61,108 nt of DNA, filler included, from Piptocephalis cylindrospora (GCA_003614145.1; 2 parts of 2 records of this genome joined end to end with filler, not necessarily neighbours in it); one strand, 5' to 3'; positions 1-12,632 are shown, numbered from the whole stretch's first letter. Notes: generated by a model not told the origin, from the sequence alone. Numbers and translations are program-made.

Positions 1-111
1 GGGAGTGGATGTTGGCAGGGGCTGAGGACTGATCATGGGTGGGAGGAGGGGGGGGAGGGGTGAATGGGGGAAATATCGGAAGCAAAGTGGATGCGTCCGT
101 TTACTCACCAT
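1..111 (-). CDS. 5' end of a gene running off the window (ATG-only first exon, intron 29-108, then SSAPANIHS...)
   Basis: Minus strand reads ATG|GTGAGT at 111-103, then a pyrimidine tract and CAG acceptor ending at 29, with an open frame to the window edge. Divergent from eIF2-gamma. Too short to identify. Confidence 0.45.
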   Translation of the reverse strand, partial: MVSKRTHPLCFRYFPHSPLPPLLPPMISPQPLPTSTP

Positions 112-788
112 CGGATTGTATGATGCACTGTTGGATGAGTGGATGGGAAGAGAGAGAGAAGGAGAGACAACGATGGAGAATAGACGTAGGGGAGGGCTCC
201 ATCTGTTGACGGATCTTCAATAATAATAACTGTGGGACGATCCGCTCGATGGTGGAGCTTTGCTTCCAAACCGACGATATCAGAGGTGCTCTACTATTTG
301 GGACCAACTTTCCAAGGTGTACATTTTCATGTATATTTTCGATTTTCATGTCATTTTTTGGTATTCTTCTTCCTGCAGCAGTTGCCGCCCATCACCTCCT
401 TGCTCACTCTGGATATGCTGTATGGGGAGTGAGGGAGAAAGCTGCCCTTTTTATCCTCTCCCCACTCCCTTCTCCGACTGATTGGCTCGTCCCACACATC
501 CTCTTCCTCGGTCATCCAAAGAAGGGCCAGCCTACAACCAGACCTTGAATCCTTCTCTGCCTTCTGCTCTCATCACTGGCCGTAACCAACCCCCCCAAAT
601 CTGCCTATACTTTCTTTTCGATACTTACTCTCCGCTACACACACACACACACATACAGTAAGATTCCCTGCACACTCATATCCTGCCCCTTGTCTTTCAC
701 CTTACAGTTAAGACAGAGGCTTTTGCACACTCGACTCTCTTCCCTGATCACACCTTCCTCCTCCTCCTTCACACTTGTCCTGTTCAGC

Positions 789-2480
789 ATGGCCGACACT
801 ACCGCCTCTCAGACACCCTCTATCCCCTCTGTATCGGACCTCCATCCCCTGCACCCCGAGGTCATTGCCCGTCAGGCCACCATCAATATTGGTGAGTTTT
901 TGCGTGTAACTTATTCGCGGGGGATACTTGGGGGAGGATGGAGCGCGTCTACTTTGGCCCTCCTAGTGGACATGTACATCTGTGACATTTCGTACTATAC
1001 TCCTTCCCGTATTGGTTACAGGGCGAACACCTCTCTGACTCGATCCACCCTGTCCTATCCTACCAGGTACCATTGGGCATGTCGCTCACGGAAAGTCCAC
1101 CGTGGTCAAGGCCATCTCAGGTGTCCAGACTGTTCGGTTCAAGAATGAACTGGAACGTAACATTACCATCAAGCTGGGTTACGCCAATGCCAAGGTCAGT
1201 CTGTCCAGGGGGTTTGGGACCACTTTTCTCCCGAGGGGAGCGTACATTACTCACATCCTGTGACTCCAATAGATCTTTAAGTGTCAGAACGAAGAATGCC
1301 CTCGTCCCGGATGCTACCGTTCCTACAAGTCTGACAAGGAGGATAACCCTCCCTGTGAACGTCCTGGGTGTGGTGGGACCATGGAGCTTCTGAGGTAGGA
1401 CTTGTCCCCATTCCCATTTCCCGTTCCCCTTTCCTCTCTCACTCCCTTATCTCTAGGCACGTGTCCTTTGTCGATTGCCCCGGACACGATATTCTTATGG
1501 CTACCATGTTGAACGGTGCTGCGGTCATGGACGCCGCTCTCCTCCTCATTGCCGGTAATGAATCCTGCCCCCAGCCCCAGACCTCGGAGCATCTAGCGGC
1601 CATTGAGATCATGAAGCTCAAGCACATCATTATCCTCCAGAACAAGGTCGATCTCATCAAGGAGGCGGCTGCCCAGGAGCAGTATCAGTCCATCCTCTCC
1701 TTTGTCCGTGGAACCGTCGCTGATGGCGCCCCCATCGTCCCCATCTCCGCTCAGCTCAAGTACAACATTGACGCCGTCAACGAGTACATTGTCAAGCGCA
1801 TCCCAATCCCTGTCCGGGACTTCACCTCCGAGCCCCGCATGATCGTCATTCGGTCCTTCGATGTCAATAAGCCCGGTGCTGAGGTAGATGAGCTCAAGGG
1901 CGGTGTGGCCGGTGGTTCCATCCTTACCGGTGTTCTTCGTCTCGGCGATGAGGTCGAGGTCAGGCCCGGGATCGTGGACAAGGATGCCGAGGGCAAGATC
2001 CACTGCAGGCCCATCCTCTCCCGTATCATCTCCCTGTATGCCGAGAACAATAACTTGCAATTTGCCGTCCCCGGAGGTCTCATTGGTGTGGGTACCCTCA
2101 TCGACCCCACCCTTTGCCGTGCCGATCGTCTGGTCGGTCAGGTCCTCGGGTCCGTTGGGAAACTCCCTGCCATCTACACTGACCTTGAGATTAACTACTT
2201 CCTCCTCCGTCGTCTCCTCGGAGTCAAGACCGATGATAAGAAGCAAGCCAAGGTCCAGAAGCTCTCCAAGGGCGAGGTCCTTATGGTGAACATTGGTTCC
2301 ACCAGTACTGGTGGTAAGGTCATTGGTGTTAAGGGGGATCTGGCCAAGGTTCAGCTCACCGCCCCGGCTTGTACCGAGGTTGGCGAGAAAATTGCCCTTA
2401 GTCGGCGTATTGACAAGCACTGGCGGTTGATTGGCTGGGGGATGATTAAGCGCGGGGGCACCATTGAGCCCGAAGCTTAA
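789..2480 (+). CDS. GCD11: Translation initiation factor eIF2 gamma subunit; exons 789-891, 1067-1194, 1273-1394, 1457-2480
   Basis: The spliced product has [18 protein letters not shown] (P-loop), [12 protein letters not shown], a Cys-rich loop, [26 protein letters not shown] and a C-terminal HWRLIGWG. All three introns are GT-AG and restore frame. Confidence 0.97.
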
Positions 2481-2560
2481 TTGTTCTTGGAGACCGAATG
2501 ATGGACCATGGGGTTGTTTAGGGGAGAGAATCAAGATGGGAGGGGAGATGGCGTGGGAAA

Positions 2561-2591
2561 GAGTGAGTGAGTGAGTGAGTGAGTGAGTGAG
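2561..2591 (+). repeat. (GAGT)n microsatellite, about 7.5 units
   Basis: Direct reading downstream of the eIF2-gamma stop. Confidence 0.9.
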
Positions 2592-3000
2592 CGAGAGAGG
2601 AGATGGGGAGAAAACAGGTATCATGTTTCCTTAAAGTGCCTTTTTATTTTTATTTACCTCCTTGGTGTGTGGATTCCATAGGGGCCATCTTGAGAGAGGA
2701 AAGGGTAGCTAGTCATCATTTAGTGACCTTTCACTCCTTATTACATACAACCATTTAAGGAGTGGGAGAGAGCGTATCATCTGGGGCATCAATCTCCCTC
2801 AGTCCAAGACTAGAGTTTAGTGGGAAGATAAAGGAGAAAGGCTATCATGAACATTCCTTCCCAAGGGAGTATAAAAGGATGGGACAACCACAGCCTGTCC
2901 TATCCATTCCCTCTTATCCTACCCAACCAACCCAGCCTCATTGCATCTCGCGCTTCCTTCTACTTCGCCCTACACATCAGCATCCCCCTTTTCAAGGACC

Positions 3001-3453
3001 ATGTTCATCCAAACCTCCGCTCTCATCGCCATCCTCTCTGTCCTTTCCATGACCCATGGAGCCCCCATTGATGAGACAATCCAGGATGCCATGGCATCTG
3101 GGGATTATGCCCTTGGTCAGGGTTCAGCGTGCTTTCAGGGAGAGGGGCAGAATATTCAGGATGCCTCCTCTGGATGTCCTCAGACTCTTCGGGACGTCTC
3201 TGAATTTACCCCTCCAGCTGTGGAGGTTCGTCCTGCTCCCATCACCTATACGCCCCCACCCGCCATCCTCCAGCCCTCTCCTCTGTCCATGCAGGTCACT
3301 GCCGGGATGCAAGGACCAGCTCAGTTTGAGGGAGGTGAGGGGGGTCAATTACTTGAAGGGGGTCAAATGGCCGATCTAGGCTCTTTTGGCGGTGAAAATC
3401 AGATGAGGGGGGGATGTGGTTTCGGTCAATCCCTTAGTCCATGCGTTGTCTGA
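3001..3453 (+). CDS. Small secreted protein (150 aa, 4 Cys), unknown function
   Basis: MFIQTSALIAILSVLSMTHG-AP is a typical signal peptide. TATAAAAG lies at 2870-2877. Gly/Gln/Pro-rich body. Confidence 0.7.
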   Translation: MFIQTSALIAILSVLSMTHGAPIDETIQDAMASGDYALGQGSACFQGEGQNIQDASSGCPQTLRDVSEFTPPAVEVRPAPITYTPPPAILQPSPLSMQVTAGMQGPAQFEGGEGGQLLEGGQMADLGSFGGENQMRGGCGFGQSLSPCVV

Positions 3454-3510
3454 TTGTATCCACGGGAAATGGATGCAATGAATACATGATCCTATTGTCC
3501 TCGTATATTT

Positions 3511-4422
3511 TTAGTCTTGCCGATCATATGAGTCATCCATCTCTTGCATCTGATCATGGTTCTTTACAAAAGACCCCAGACGAGGAAAGAGCCTCAGGGC
3601 ATTCTGAGTCGTAGCCCTGGCCACTTCCTCCACTGACACATCCTTGATCCTGGCGATTTGACGTAGGGACACAGTGATGTTGGAGGGGTCATTGGCCTCA
3701 CCAGCCACTGGTCCAAGAGCTGGGCTATCCGTCTCCAAGATCAATCGATCCAAGGGGACTAGTCGGGCCAGCCGCTCCATTCCCGGGTCCCGGAGGATGG
3801 ACGGGGCAATGGAAAAGTAATGACCATCGGTCAGACCCTGGCGCACTGCGGCCGGTCGACCGTCAAATGCATGCATCAGGGCCGGGCTGGCTCCTTCCTC
3901 TCGGAGGAGACTGAGGGCATGATGCCCTGCTTGTCTAGAGTGGACATTTAGGGTAAGGCCCATGGAAAGACTCAGAAGAACTTGGGCTCGGAAGACTCTA
4001 CGTTGATCATCCTTGATCTCGTCGATGGCGCAGAAATCCGCGGACTGGTCCTGATGGGCCTTAAGAATATGGGGGGAAAAGTCCAGTCCTACTTCGCCTA
4101 GACCGACCAGACTATTGCCCATACGGCGAACCACAGCTTCCAAACCCTGAAGGTCCCCAGGGACAGCGGAGCGTACTTTACCGTCTGGCAGCGGCTGGAC
4201 CGGGTGGATCCCCACTAGGGGCAAGAGCAGAGGTAGTGTGGTGTCTCGGGCAGACAACTCTCTCCTCTCCATCCACCGGATATCCTCCCAGTCCTCCGTT
4301 ACGGTGAGGATGGCCCCGAGGTTCGGAGCCCTGTCTGCTAGACGCTGAAGATGTTCGGCCAAGGACGTTTTAGGTGGGAGGGACCGGGGGACGAGATGGG
4401 CGTGACAGTCGATGAGGAACAT
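3511..4422 (-). CDS. TatD-family metal-dependent DNase (TATDN3-like)
   Basis: Motifs IDCHAHL, GIHP, GEVGLDF, VHSR, MHAF and LETDSP. ATG at 4422. Confidence 0.93.
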   Translation of the reverse strand: MFLIDCHAHLVPRSLPPKTSLAEHLQRLADRAPNLGAILTVTEDWEDIRWMERRELSARDTTLPLLLPLVGIHPVQPLPDGKVRSAVPGDLQGLEAVVRRMGNSLVGLGEVGLDFSPHILKAHQDQSADFCAIDEIKDDQRRVFRAQVLLSLSMGLTLNVHSRQAGHHALSLLREEGASPALMHAFDGRPAAVRQGLTDGHYFSIAPSILRDPGMERLARLVPLDRLILETDSPALGPVAGEANDPSNITVSLRQIARIKDVSVEEVARATTQNALRLFPRLGSFVKNHDQMQEMDDSYDRQD

Positions 4423-4812
4423 TGTTGAGAAGAGGGGAGGATTGAAGGGAGGGGTTCCTAAATTTATCATAATCTCTTTGGATGCGTTGGTGAGATTTCG
4501 GGGCCTCTTTTGTGCTTTCTCTGGAACCAAGTGTATACATGAACTCAGGTCATGATCGAATCCTTGTATGCATATGATCGACTAAAGTCTATCTAGATCA
4601 AGATTACCCGTTGACCAAGCCCATCCCCGTCATCCTAATCAACCAACCACATGGTTGCGATGCGCACGCATCGCGTCTATGTGAAGGGCGCCACTCCATC
4701 CCTGTTGCTGGTAACAACAACAATAAACAGCCATCACTTTGCTCATCCTCCCTCCCCCATCTTTCTTTCCCTTTAGTCCTTCCTCCACGAGATACAACCG
4801 TCACCTTTCACC

Positions 4813-5880
4813 ATGCCGGGTAACCTTAGGCTGAATTCGGAGGAACAGGGAAGCATGGATAGGTTCAGCATGATGCACAAAGCCATCGTCCAGTCCATGC
4901 TCGCTCAGCCCTTTCGACGACATGCTGATATGGAAGACCTGATCAAACGGTGTTGTAGACACATCTCTGGTAAGTGGTGCAAGATGGAGCGTATGCCCCA
5001 TCCGCCCAGTCTCATTTGTCCTCATAGAAATATACACGCCCAACGAGACGCTCAACATGGTAGTGGGCCTCATCAACGGCAAGCTTCAGGACTTTGACAT
5101 GGGGATCCGAAGTGGCTTGGATGAGGAGACTGGGGAAAAGTGGTGGGCTTTTGTTAATACCAGCGAGGATCCTTCGGCCAGTTTGATTGCATCTACTCAT
5201 TCTATTCCCGAGCTTTCTTTTCTAAATCGATTGGTAAGATAGGGAGCTGACTTTTATTCTTTCTCTTGCCACCATCGTCTTTCCCCTCTCCTTTTTCTTA
5301 CTATCACTACCTCTAGATCCGAAGAATGGTTCGTGATAGAGAGGGAAAGAGATACAGTATTGGGTCAATCCGTGCCTTGGGTGAAAGACCCCCACAGGGA
5401 TGTACGCGAATGGAGGCTCAAAGAATCTTGGATCAGTTTGTGCAAGAATCCTGGCTGAATCTCTCACCGGATGGTCGGTATTGCCTGGGATTACGGACTC
5501 TCTTGGAGCTGGGGCCGTACCTCAAGACCAGGTACGAGGATGATATTGTCGAGTGCACCCTCTGCATGGACATGATTACCCGGGGCCGTCGGTGCCCCAA
5601 TACGCAGTGCGCTGCTCGTCTCCATCATTATTGCGCTACCCAATATTTTGATGGGCTGCCTCTCCCTTCCCAGCTCTGTCCCACTTGCAAGACCCCTTGG
5701 CCCAATGGGATAGGGAAGGTCTTTGGGGTGAGTCTAACCCGGGAATGGGATCTCGAGGATTACGAAGATGATGAGGAGGGAAGGGAGTATGAAGATGGAG
5801 AAAGCGAGGGTGAGGAAGAGGTCTCAGAGGCAGGCGAGGAAGATGTCATGGTCGCATCACTGCCCGTGGTCGATGATTAA
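4813..5880 (+). CDS. NSE1: Smc5/6 complex subunit Nse1; introns 4970-5027 and 5234-5316
   Basis: Winged-helix region (WWAFVNT; LDQFVQESWL...LGLRTLLELGPYL), then a RING-like CTLC...CPNTQC...LHHYC...CPTCKTPW and an acidic tail. GT-AG introns join three frames. Confidence 0.88.
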
Positions 5881-6833
5881 ACCTCTTTTCCTCATCAGCC
5901 ATCAAACCTACTATTAAGATAAAGGTCTGATCGCAAGGGTAGGGCCATCCGGTATTGAGTATGTGGGAGAGGGAATATGGAGATCCATGATCTCCCTCTA
6001 CTTTTGACGTACCTGCCCTACATCCCTCTTCTCCCTATCGAACCGTGGGGTCGTGTGCTCTGAACAAAGTATAAGAACCGGCCGCGTCCTCCTAATCAAC
6101 CATGGTGGCACTTAACCTCACAGTGCCTATGCACATCCTGCGAAAAAATGTCAAATTTAATCATATCCCAAAAACAAGCGCACATTTCATCTCTATTTTC
6201 ATCTGAGTGTTTTACATGTCGTGATTGGCTAGTCATGGTATCCCATCCACATCTGATATGAGTCGTGCGGTTCTGCATCCATCCTCCAAAAATCGCCATC
6301 ATCCCTTTTTCCTCTCCTTTCGCGTCCTCATCCAGCCCGTTGATTGGCCGGGTGAAGCCGACTTGAATCTCTTACTATGCCGGTGTGTCTCACTCACACT
6401 ACTACTCATTCTTCCTCTCCCACACAGCCTAAAGACAGGGGGAATGTCAAGGATCGAATTTGTCCTGCCAAAGGGGAGATATCGCAAGATCAAGATGATT
6501 AGAGCGGAATAAAAGAAGGCCTTACATATAAGGCTTTGCTTGTACGATCCTTGTTGTCCTCTCATCCTATCATGTCACCTATCCAGAACCTGGGAAGTGG
6601 ACTGAGAATAACCGTGTGTGCGCGGATGTGAGAGTGATGATGTGTCTTACTTTGTCTATGCATGGCCTCATCTCCCTTTCTAGTCATCCACTTGTCTTTT
6701 TCCTTTGCGTGCAGATGTATGAGCGACCATGCCCCTTTCCCCACACATCTCATCCTCCCCCTAATGTCGTCCCCCCATTTACCCTGGACGTCTCAATGAG
6801 GTCAGGAAGACCTAGAAAATGGGAGAGAATAGG

Positions 6834-6834
<1 letters not shown>

Positions 6835-6867
<33 letters not shown>

Positions 6868-6883
6868 ACATATATACATATAT
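6835..6883 (+). repeat. (CA)n followed by a (TA)-rich microsatellite
   Basis: Direct reading. Confidence 0.85.
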
Positions 6884-7562
6884 AGCGAGGGGAAGTGTGT
6901 ATCCGCCCCAATATGGACGTGTCCCCGATACAAGGTGCGTGAACTGTGATGGAACCAGCACAGGCAGGGCTTTGCCTTTCACACCTCCCTCTCACTGGCC
7001 GAAGACAGGGTGAGTGGAGCCGTTTTATCGGCCACCTCATTGACCCTCCCCTCCTCCTCCCTCCATGCGCCCTCACCGTACCCTTCCGGCTCACGCACTG
7101 GGTGCGTATATGTGTGTGCCGTGTCCCTCAAGCCCTACCGCTAATATCTGGTGCCTTCCACACCACACCTTGGGCCCCTTCCTCTCCCTCCACCTTTTTC
7201 TTCCCTACCACTCTCCCTCTCTCACTCTTTCCCCTCCCATTCCTAACAAACCAACATCCGCTCTTGACCTTCTTCCTTTCCAGGTTTCTGGTATTTTCAC
7301 GTGAGTAGTCTTTGCGTCACTCCAAGTGCACTATAGGCTTTTCTTTGGTGCTGGGGCTCCAAAGTGAATGAGATCTAGTGTGGCGGCATACCCTCAGGAT
7401 GACGAGTTCCCTCTTCTTCAACCCTATTCAAACTTGCGTATCCTTCTCCTTGCTCATCTTTTCCCCCGCTCCCTCCCACTTAGAGTGTTGCGACTCCCCA
7501 TCCCCTTGACTCCCCCCAATCAGGAAACCCACACACATACCTCACCACACACTCACACCCAT

Positions 7563-10500
7563 ATGTCGATGCACACACAATTTCGGCCGGTAGGAGGCCG
7601 GTCCACAGGTCATAGCAATGGATCATCTCGCAAAGAGGAGCCCGAAGAGCTCCGTTCCCTAAGATCCAAGTACCGACAGCAGTTATCAACCCTCCGAGAG
7701 CTTTTCCCCGACTGGGCCGATGAGGATCTACTGTTTTGTCTAGGCGAGGTGGATGGCGTTCTCGAGGTGGCCGTCGGTCGAATCTCCGAAGGCCACGTTT
7801 CTCAGTGGGGCGAGGTCAAGGCTAAGAAGGGACGGAAGGCCGGAGATCCTCCCTCCTCCTCAGGTCACCATCATCCCCACCACCAGCATCACCCACATTA
7901 CCCCGTAGGAGCTTCCTCCCCAGCACACACAAGGACCCCCGGAGCCGGTAGTCGAATTTCTTCCACTTCTCTAGCTGCTCAGGTCCACAAATCAACCGCA
8001 TCCTCCCCTTCGAGCCGTCCTTCCCAGAGCAACGCGCGAATTGGTAGTAACCGTGGAGGAGGTAAGCTCTTTATTATGTGCCCCTTATATGGGAGTGGAT
8101 CGAGACAGAGACTTACCCATTCTCATCATCATTCCATCAGCTGCACCAACGCGAGGCGCCAAGGCATACAGTTCCGATCGGTCAACTTCATCTGCACAAG
8201 GTAGGTTTTCCCCTTTCTCTCCACTCCCTAGCACTAGGCTCTCCTGAAGTGACGGGAAGCTCTTTTCATCTGCATATATGCCCCCTTACTCATCCTTTCC
8301 CTTCATGATGTACACCCATAGGACCTGAGCCCGTAGTGAATCATTCCACCGCACCCGCTTGGGGTGCAGGAACTGGCGGACTGAGCTGGGGGGATATTGC
8401 ATCCTCTGCTGTCAATTCTTCCTCCGTCCCCTCCTCATCCTCATCCTCCACCCCCTCCTCCAATCCCGCCCCTGCATCTTCCTCTTCCCAATCGAAATCT
8501 CATCACCCCAACCCCTCAGCCACAGGCTCTGTACAGCAGGGAGAGGCATCGACAACGACCACGACGAGGAGGCGACGAGATCCCGCAGCATCAGCAGGCC
8601 CCAAAGAAAAGGTTCCCCAGGCTCCTCCGGCCGGCCCTGCCCCCATATCCTGGGCACAGATTGCTCGCAAGTCCGAGGCTGCCAAGAAGAAGGAGGAGCA
8701 GGAGAAGCGCGAAAAGGAGGCTGCTGCAGCATCTGGAAAGCCCGAGGAGCTGGTGGACGAAGGCAAAAACGAGTCAGTCAAGGAGGATGAGGTCAAGGTG
8801 ACGCCCAAGAAGGAGGAGCCCAGAGCGAAGGAGCAAGAAGATACTACTGAATCCAAGGTGAAGAAGCAAGATGAGAAGCCCAAGGAGGAGGAGCCTCCTG
8901 TAGCTGCTACCCAGGAGGCTCCCGTTGCCATTACTGAGGAGACCAAGGTGTCAGTGGAAGCCACTGAGGATGGCTCGACCACCATCTCCACGACCACTAC
9001 CTCTACTGCCTCGACCAAGCAAGAGGAGACCGTAGTGGAGGAGACCACCACTACAACGGAGATCCTGGGTGAGGAAGAGCAGGAGGCTGCTGAAGTTGAT
9101 TCCATCACCTCGACCGAGGCGGTCAAGGCCCCCAGTCGCCCCGAGTCCCTTTCCTCCGCCTCCGATTCGGCCTCCCAGTCCTCCTCTGCTACCCCTAGCT
9201 CCACCAACTCCCAGGGTATGGAGAGGATGGCTATGCGCTTTGGTTCCTTGGCCCTGACTGCTGAGAGTGTCGATGCCGTCTCCATGCAATTGGGCGGCCT
9301 GACCGGCACCGGTTATCTTTCCACCTCCAGTGCTACCTCTCCCGGTGCAAAGGCCTCCACCTCTCCAGCTTCCGCCGCCGCCGTCACCGCTGCTGCTGCT
9401 GCCCCTACCTCTGCTCAAGCCTCTGTGGCTTACGGAGCCCGCGCCACCGAGTCCTCCATCCCCTCCTACCTCCATGCTGCCTCCACCCCGGCCTCTGCTG
9501 CTGCTCCCGCCCCTGCTGTTGCTGCCCCTACCTCTGCTGCCCCTGCCCTTGACCAAGCTGTCTCTGCTGCTCCCACTGCCACTCAGGCCCCTGCTGCTAG
9601 TCCCGCCGCCACCGCCTCCACTTCCGCCGCCACTTCCGTCCCCGCCCCCATCTCTACCCCCGCCACCGCAGGGACCTATAATGGTGGCGATTCAGCCTCG
9701 GCCCCCAATCATCACAATGCCAATTACTTGGGTGCCGCTGGGGCTGGCGCTGGGTACACTGGGTATTTGAGTGGTGCCACCGGCGCTGAATACGGTTCCA
9801 CTGGTCACTCTGCTACTGGAGCCACTGGTCCCTATGCCGGCTACTATGGTATGGGATCCACCGGAGCCAGCACGGCCGCTGCCACTGGACACACTGGTGG
9901 CCCGGATTATGGCAATGGTGGCCTCATGGCCAATGGAGCCGGTGGTGCTGCCGGTACTGGCGCCCATCCTCATCCTCCCCCTCCCCATGCTCATCCCCAT
10001 GCCCCTCCTCACCCTCATCAGGGTGCTGGGGCTCAAGTGGCCGGGTACGGACCCTTTGGCCAGATGACCGGAGCCACCCCTCCCTACTTCCCCTCACCCC
10101 ACCAGGGTCTTTATCGTCCTGGTGAACCCACGGCCACCGGTGCTGCCACCCCCTACGGCTATTACAACTATACTGCTGCTGCTGCTGCCGCCGCCTCCCC
10201 CTCCCCCACCACTCCTACCACCCCTTCCTCTGTTGCTCCCTCTTCCGCCACTTCCGCCTCCACCACCTCTCCTGGTCCCACAGCTAGTGGTGCTGGTATG
10301 AAGGGAGCCAGTACTGGGAGCGGTATCCTCGGTAAGGGAGGACTTGGGTACGGAGCCTCCGGGGCTGGTGGTGCCTACTCTCCCCTCGGTGGTCATCACC
10401 AGCAGATGGCCGGCGCCTCCCCTTCCCCTCAGTCCCATCTCCTCCACCATCATCATCAGGGGCAGGCCGCTACTTCCCAGCATCACACTCCTCCCCCCCC

Positions 10501-11183
10501 ATCCCCATCATCCTCACCATCCTCATCACCCTCATCACCCCCATCACCCCCATAACCCCTATTCCCTAGGCGGGGTTTCCGGAACTGGCTATGAGGACTA
10601 TGGTATGTACGGAGCTGCTGCCGCCGCTGCTGCTGCTGCTGCCTACGGTCAGAGCGCTCATGATTACGCCGCTCGCTACGGCATGTACGGGGCTGGCGGA
10701 ACCGGAGCTGGTGGGGCTGGTGGGGTCGCTGATCTCTACCGAGTCTCCTCGGCCTACGGAGGTGGTTCCTCTGGGACCGCTTACGTCGGAACTGGCGCCG
10801 GCTCCTCCCCCTCCGCTGCCTCGGCCACCGGTGCCTCTAATACTGGGGCCGGAGCCTCCCAGGGCGGAGCCTCCACGGATGGCACGGATGGCGGGCCCTC
10901 CAATGCCGTCGGGGATGTCGGGTCCTCTGCTCCCTCCGCTGGGGACGCCGGGACCCCCTCGTCTGCCGCCTCTGTCACCTCCATCCCCCCTGGTCAGGAC
11001 AGTGTGGGATCCCATCCTATGAATGGTGGGGCCATGGGCGCCGGTGCCACCCCATCCTACTACCAGCACCAGGGTCTCCATAATGCCTATGCTGGCTATG
11101 TCCCTCAGCACCAGCAGCAGCATCAACAGCAGCAACAGCAGCACCACTATCATCATCAGGGCGGTTACTGGCGCGGTGCCTAA
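7563..11183 (+). CDS. DEF1: Def1/UBAP2(L)-like protein: N-terminal CUE/UBA-like domain plus long low-complexity region; introns 8062-8140 and 8201-8321; frame break near 10493-10500
   Basis: LSTLRELFPDWADEDLL...RISEGHVSQWGEVK matches the Def1 CUE domain. Also ISWAQIARK and MRFGSL motifs, and a G/Y/A/H/Q-rich C-terminus ending GGYWRGA that lies in a different frame. Confidence 0.8.
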
Positions 11184-11446
11184 ATCATTTCTCCTTGCTG
11201 ATCCTTGAATAGGGGAGGCCCAGTGGTCGTCACGTCTTTGTCTCTTTCAGTGAACGAGCAATTTTAAGAGTGGTGCGTCTATCTGTGTGTGTGTGTTGTG
11301 ATCGAGAAAAAAAAGATAGTTTGAAGCTGAAAAGAAGATGCATCTATTTATCCTTTTTCATCCGTACGATTATTTCTTCTACGTATTGGCAAATCATCAA
11401 GGGTTTATTTCATCCATCACACTGCCATATTATTTCAAGGGTTGTT

Positions 11447-12632
11447 TCAAGGGTTAGAGGCCTGATCCAGTCGGTCCATGACCTGGGGGAGGATGCCTCG
11501 ACGATCAAGAGCATTGAGGAGCCGGTCCTCCATTTGCTGGATTCTCCCGATGCTATCGGCCCTTGTCTCAGCCTCCCTGTTAGAGAGGTGGGGCAAGTGG
11601 TGCTGGGGGAGGTTGAACGTGTCCTTGAGGGATCTTTCCAATGTCTGATCCCTTTTTGACTGCGGGGGGAAGGTAAGATGGGAGGAGGCTTACTCTCCCT
11701 CTCTTTCCCTCTCTTTCTCTTCAAGACTTACTGGTGCATCAGATGGCAGGGCTGTCTCGGCCATATGTAGTGGGGTCTGTAGGTCAGGGGCCCCTTCTCT
11801 GGTGGATGAAGAGTCCAAGGTCTGTAAGGCCGGATGTAACCTGGATCGATGCAGACGTTGCTGGTATTGTTCGGTTGCCTGTGCTGCCTCCCGAAATCCC
11901 TCCACCGCTTCCTTTTCTTCTTCTACTTCACTAAACCCAGGATAATACTAGATGAGGTGGGCATGAAGAGGAAAGAGTAACGAAGCATCTTACCGATGAG
12001 CCCGTCGTAGTTCGCGTTCTAGAGCGAGGATCTGTTCGACTTGAGGCTCCAATTGCCTCTCCAACTCTCGCTATTTATGCGAGCGAGACAGGTGAGGAAG
12101 AGTTGCTAGGGAGTGATTAACCCATCTATAAATGACCAACTTACCGTTCCTTGAGCAATTTCCGATGGACTTAACGTGGTATCCGCAGGAATCAGGGTCG
12201 TCAGTAACCTTTCTCCAATTCTACATAGTGAAAAAGATTAGAATGAGTCGAGGACATGGGCAGTCGCCAGGTCAGCTACTATGTCCTCACAGTCCATGAA
12301 CCTCGGACAGACCGGTCTGGACTGTTCGTCGACGCTCATCTCCTCGTACAGTCCTGAGTGTAGCTGGGATGAGGGAAGCCAGAGCATGTAAGACATGGCC
12401 TCTCTGTACTTCATTGACTGGGACCCATCGGTCCAAAGTTCTTCCCGTGACCCTACGGCGAACTACACGGAGGTCGGTTCGGGCGGTTGCTATGTTTGCA
12501 CTTGTTATTGCAGCGCTGCTTAGGGATCTCCTTTGGCTCCTCCGTCTGGGATGGTGCCTTGGACTAGACCTAGCCTAGAGTAACCGTGAGGATCCTACAT
12601 CAATTGCTTCCTTCTCTATGGGAACTTACCAT
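11447..12632 (-). CDS. Multi-exon gene, probable CENP-Q/Fta7/Okp1-like kinetochore protein
   Basis: Hand splicing gives ATG|GTAAGT (12632-12630), then ARSSPRHH...VRRRVTGRTLDRWVPV..., IGERLLTTLIP..., coiled coil RELERQLEPQVEQILALERELRR, ...RLHPAL..., and a final exon ending QASNP*. The layout resembles fungal CENP-Q; family call by eye. Confidence 0.5.

Noticed and set aside
892..1066. Intronic snoRNA in the longer first intron of eIF2-gamma
   Set aside because: No convincing C/D box pair or H/ACA two-hairpin layout could be identified by eye.
1593..2624. Long antisense ORF (343 aa) over eIF2-gamma, and similar ones over Snf2 (26097-27026), the Def1-like gene and other genes
   Set aside because: These are shadow ORFs expected from strong C-ending codon bias, with no recognisable motifs.
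3439..3453. C-terminal ...PCVV as a CaaX prenylation or pheromone signal
   Set aside because: Only two residues follow the Cys, and the protein has a signal peptide.
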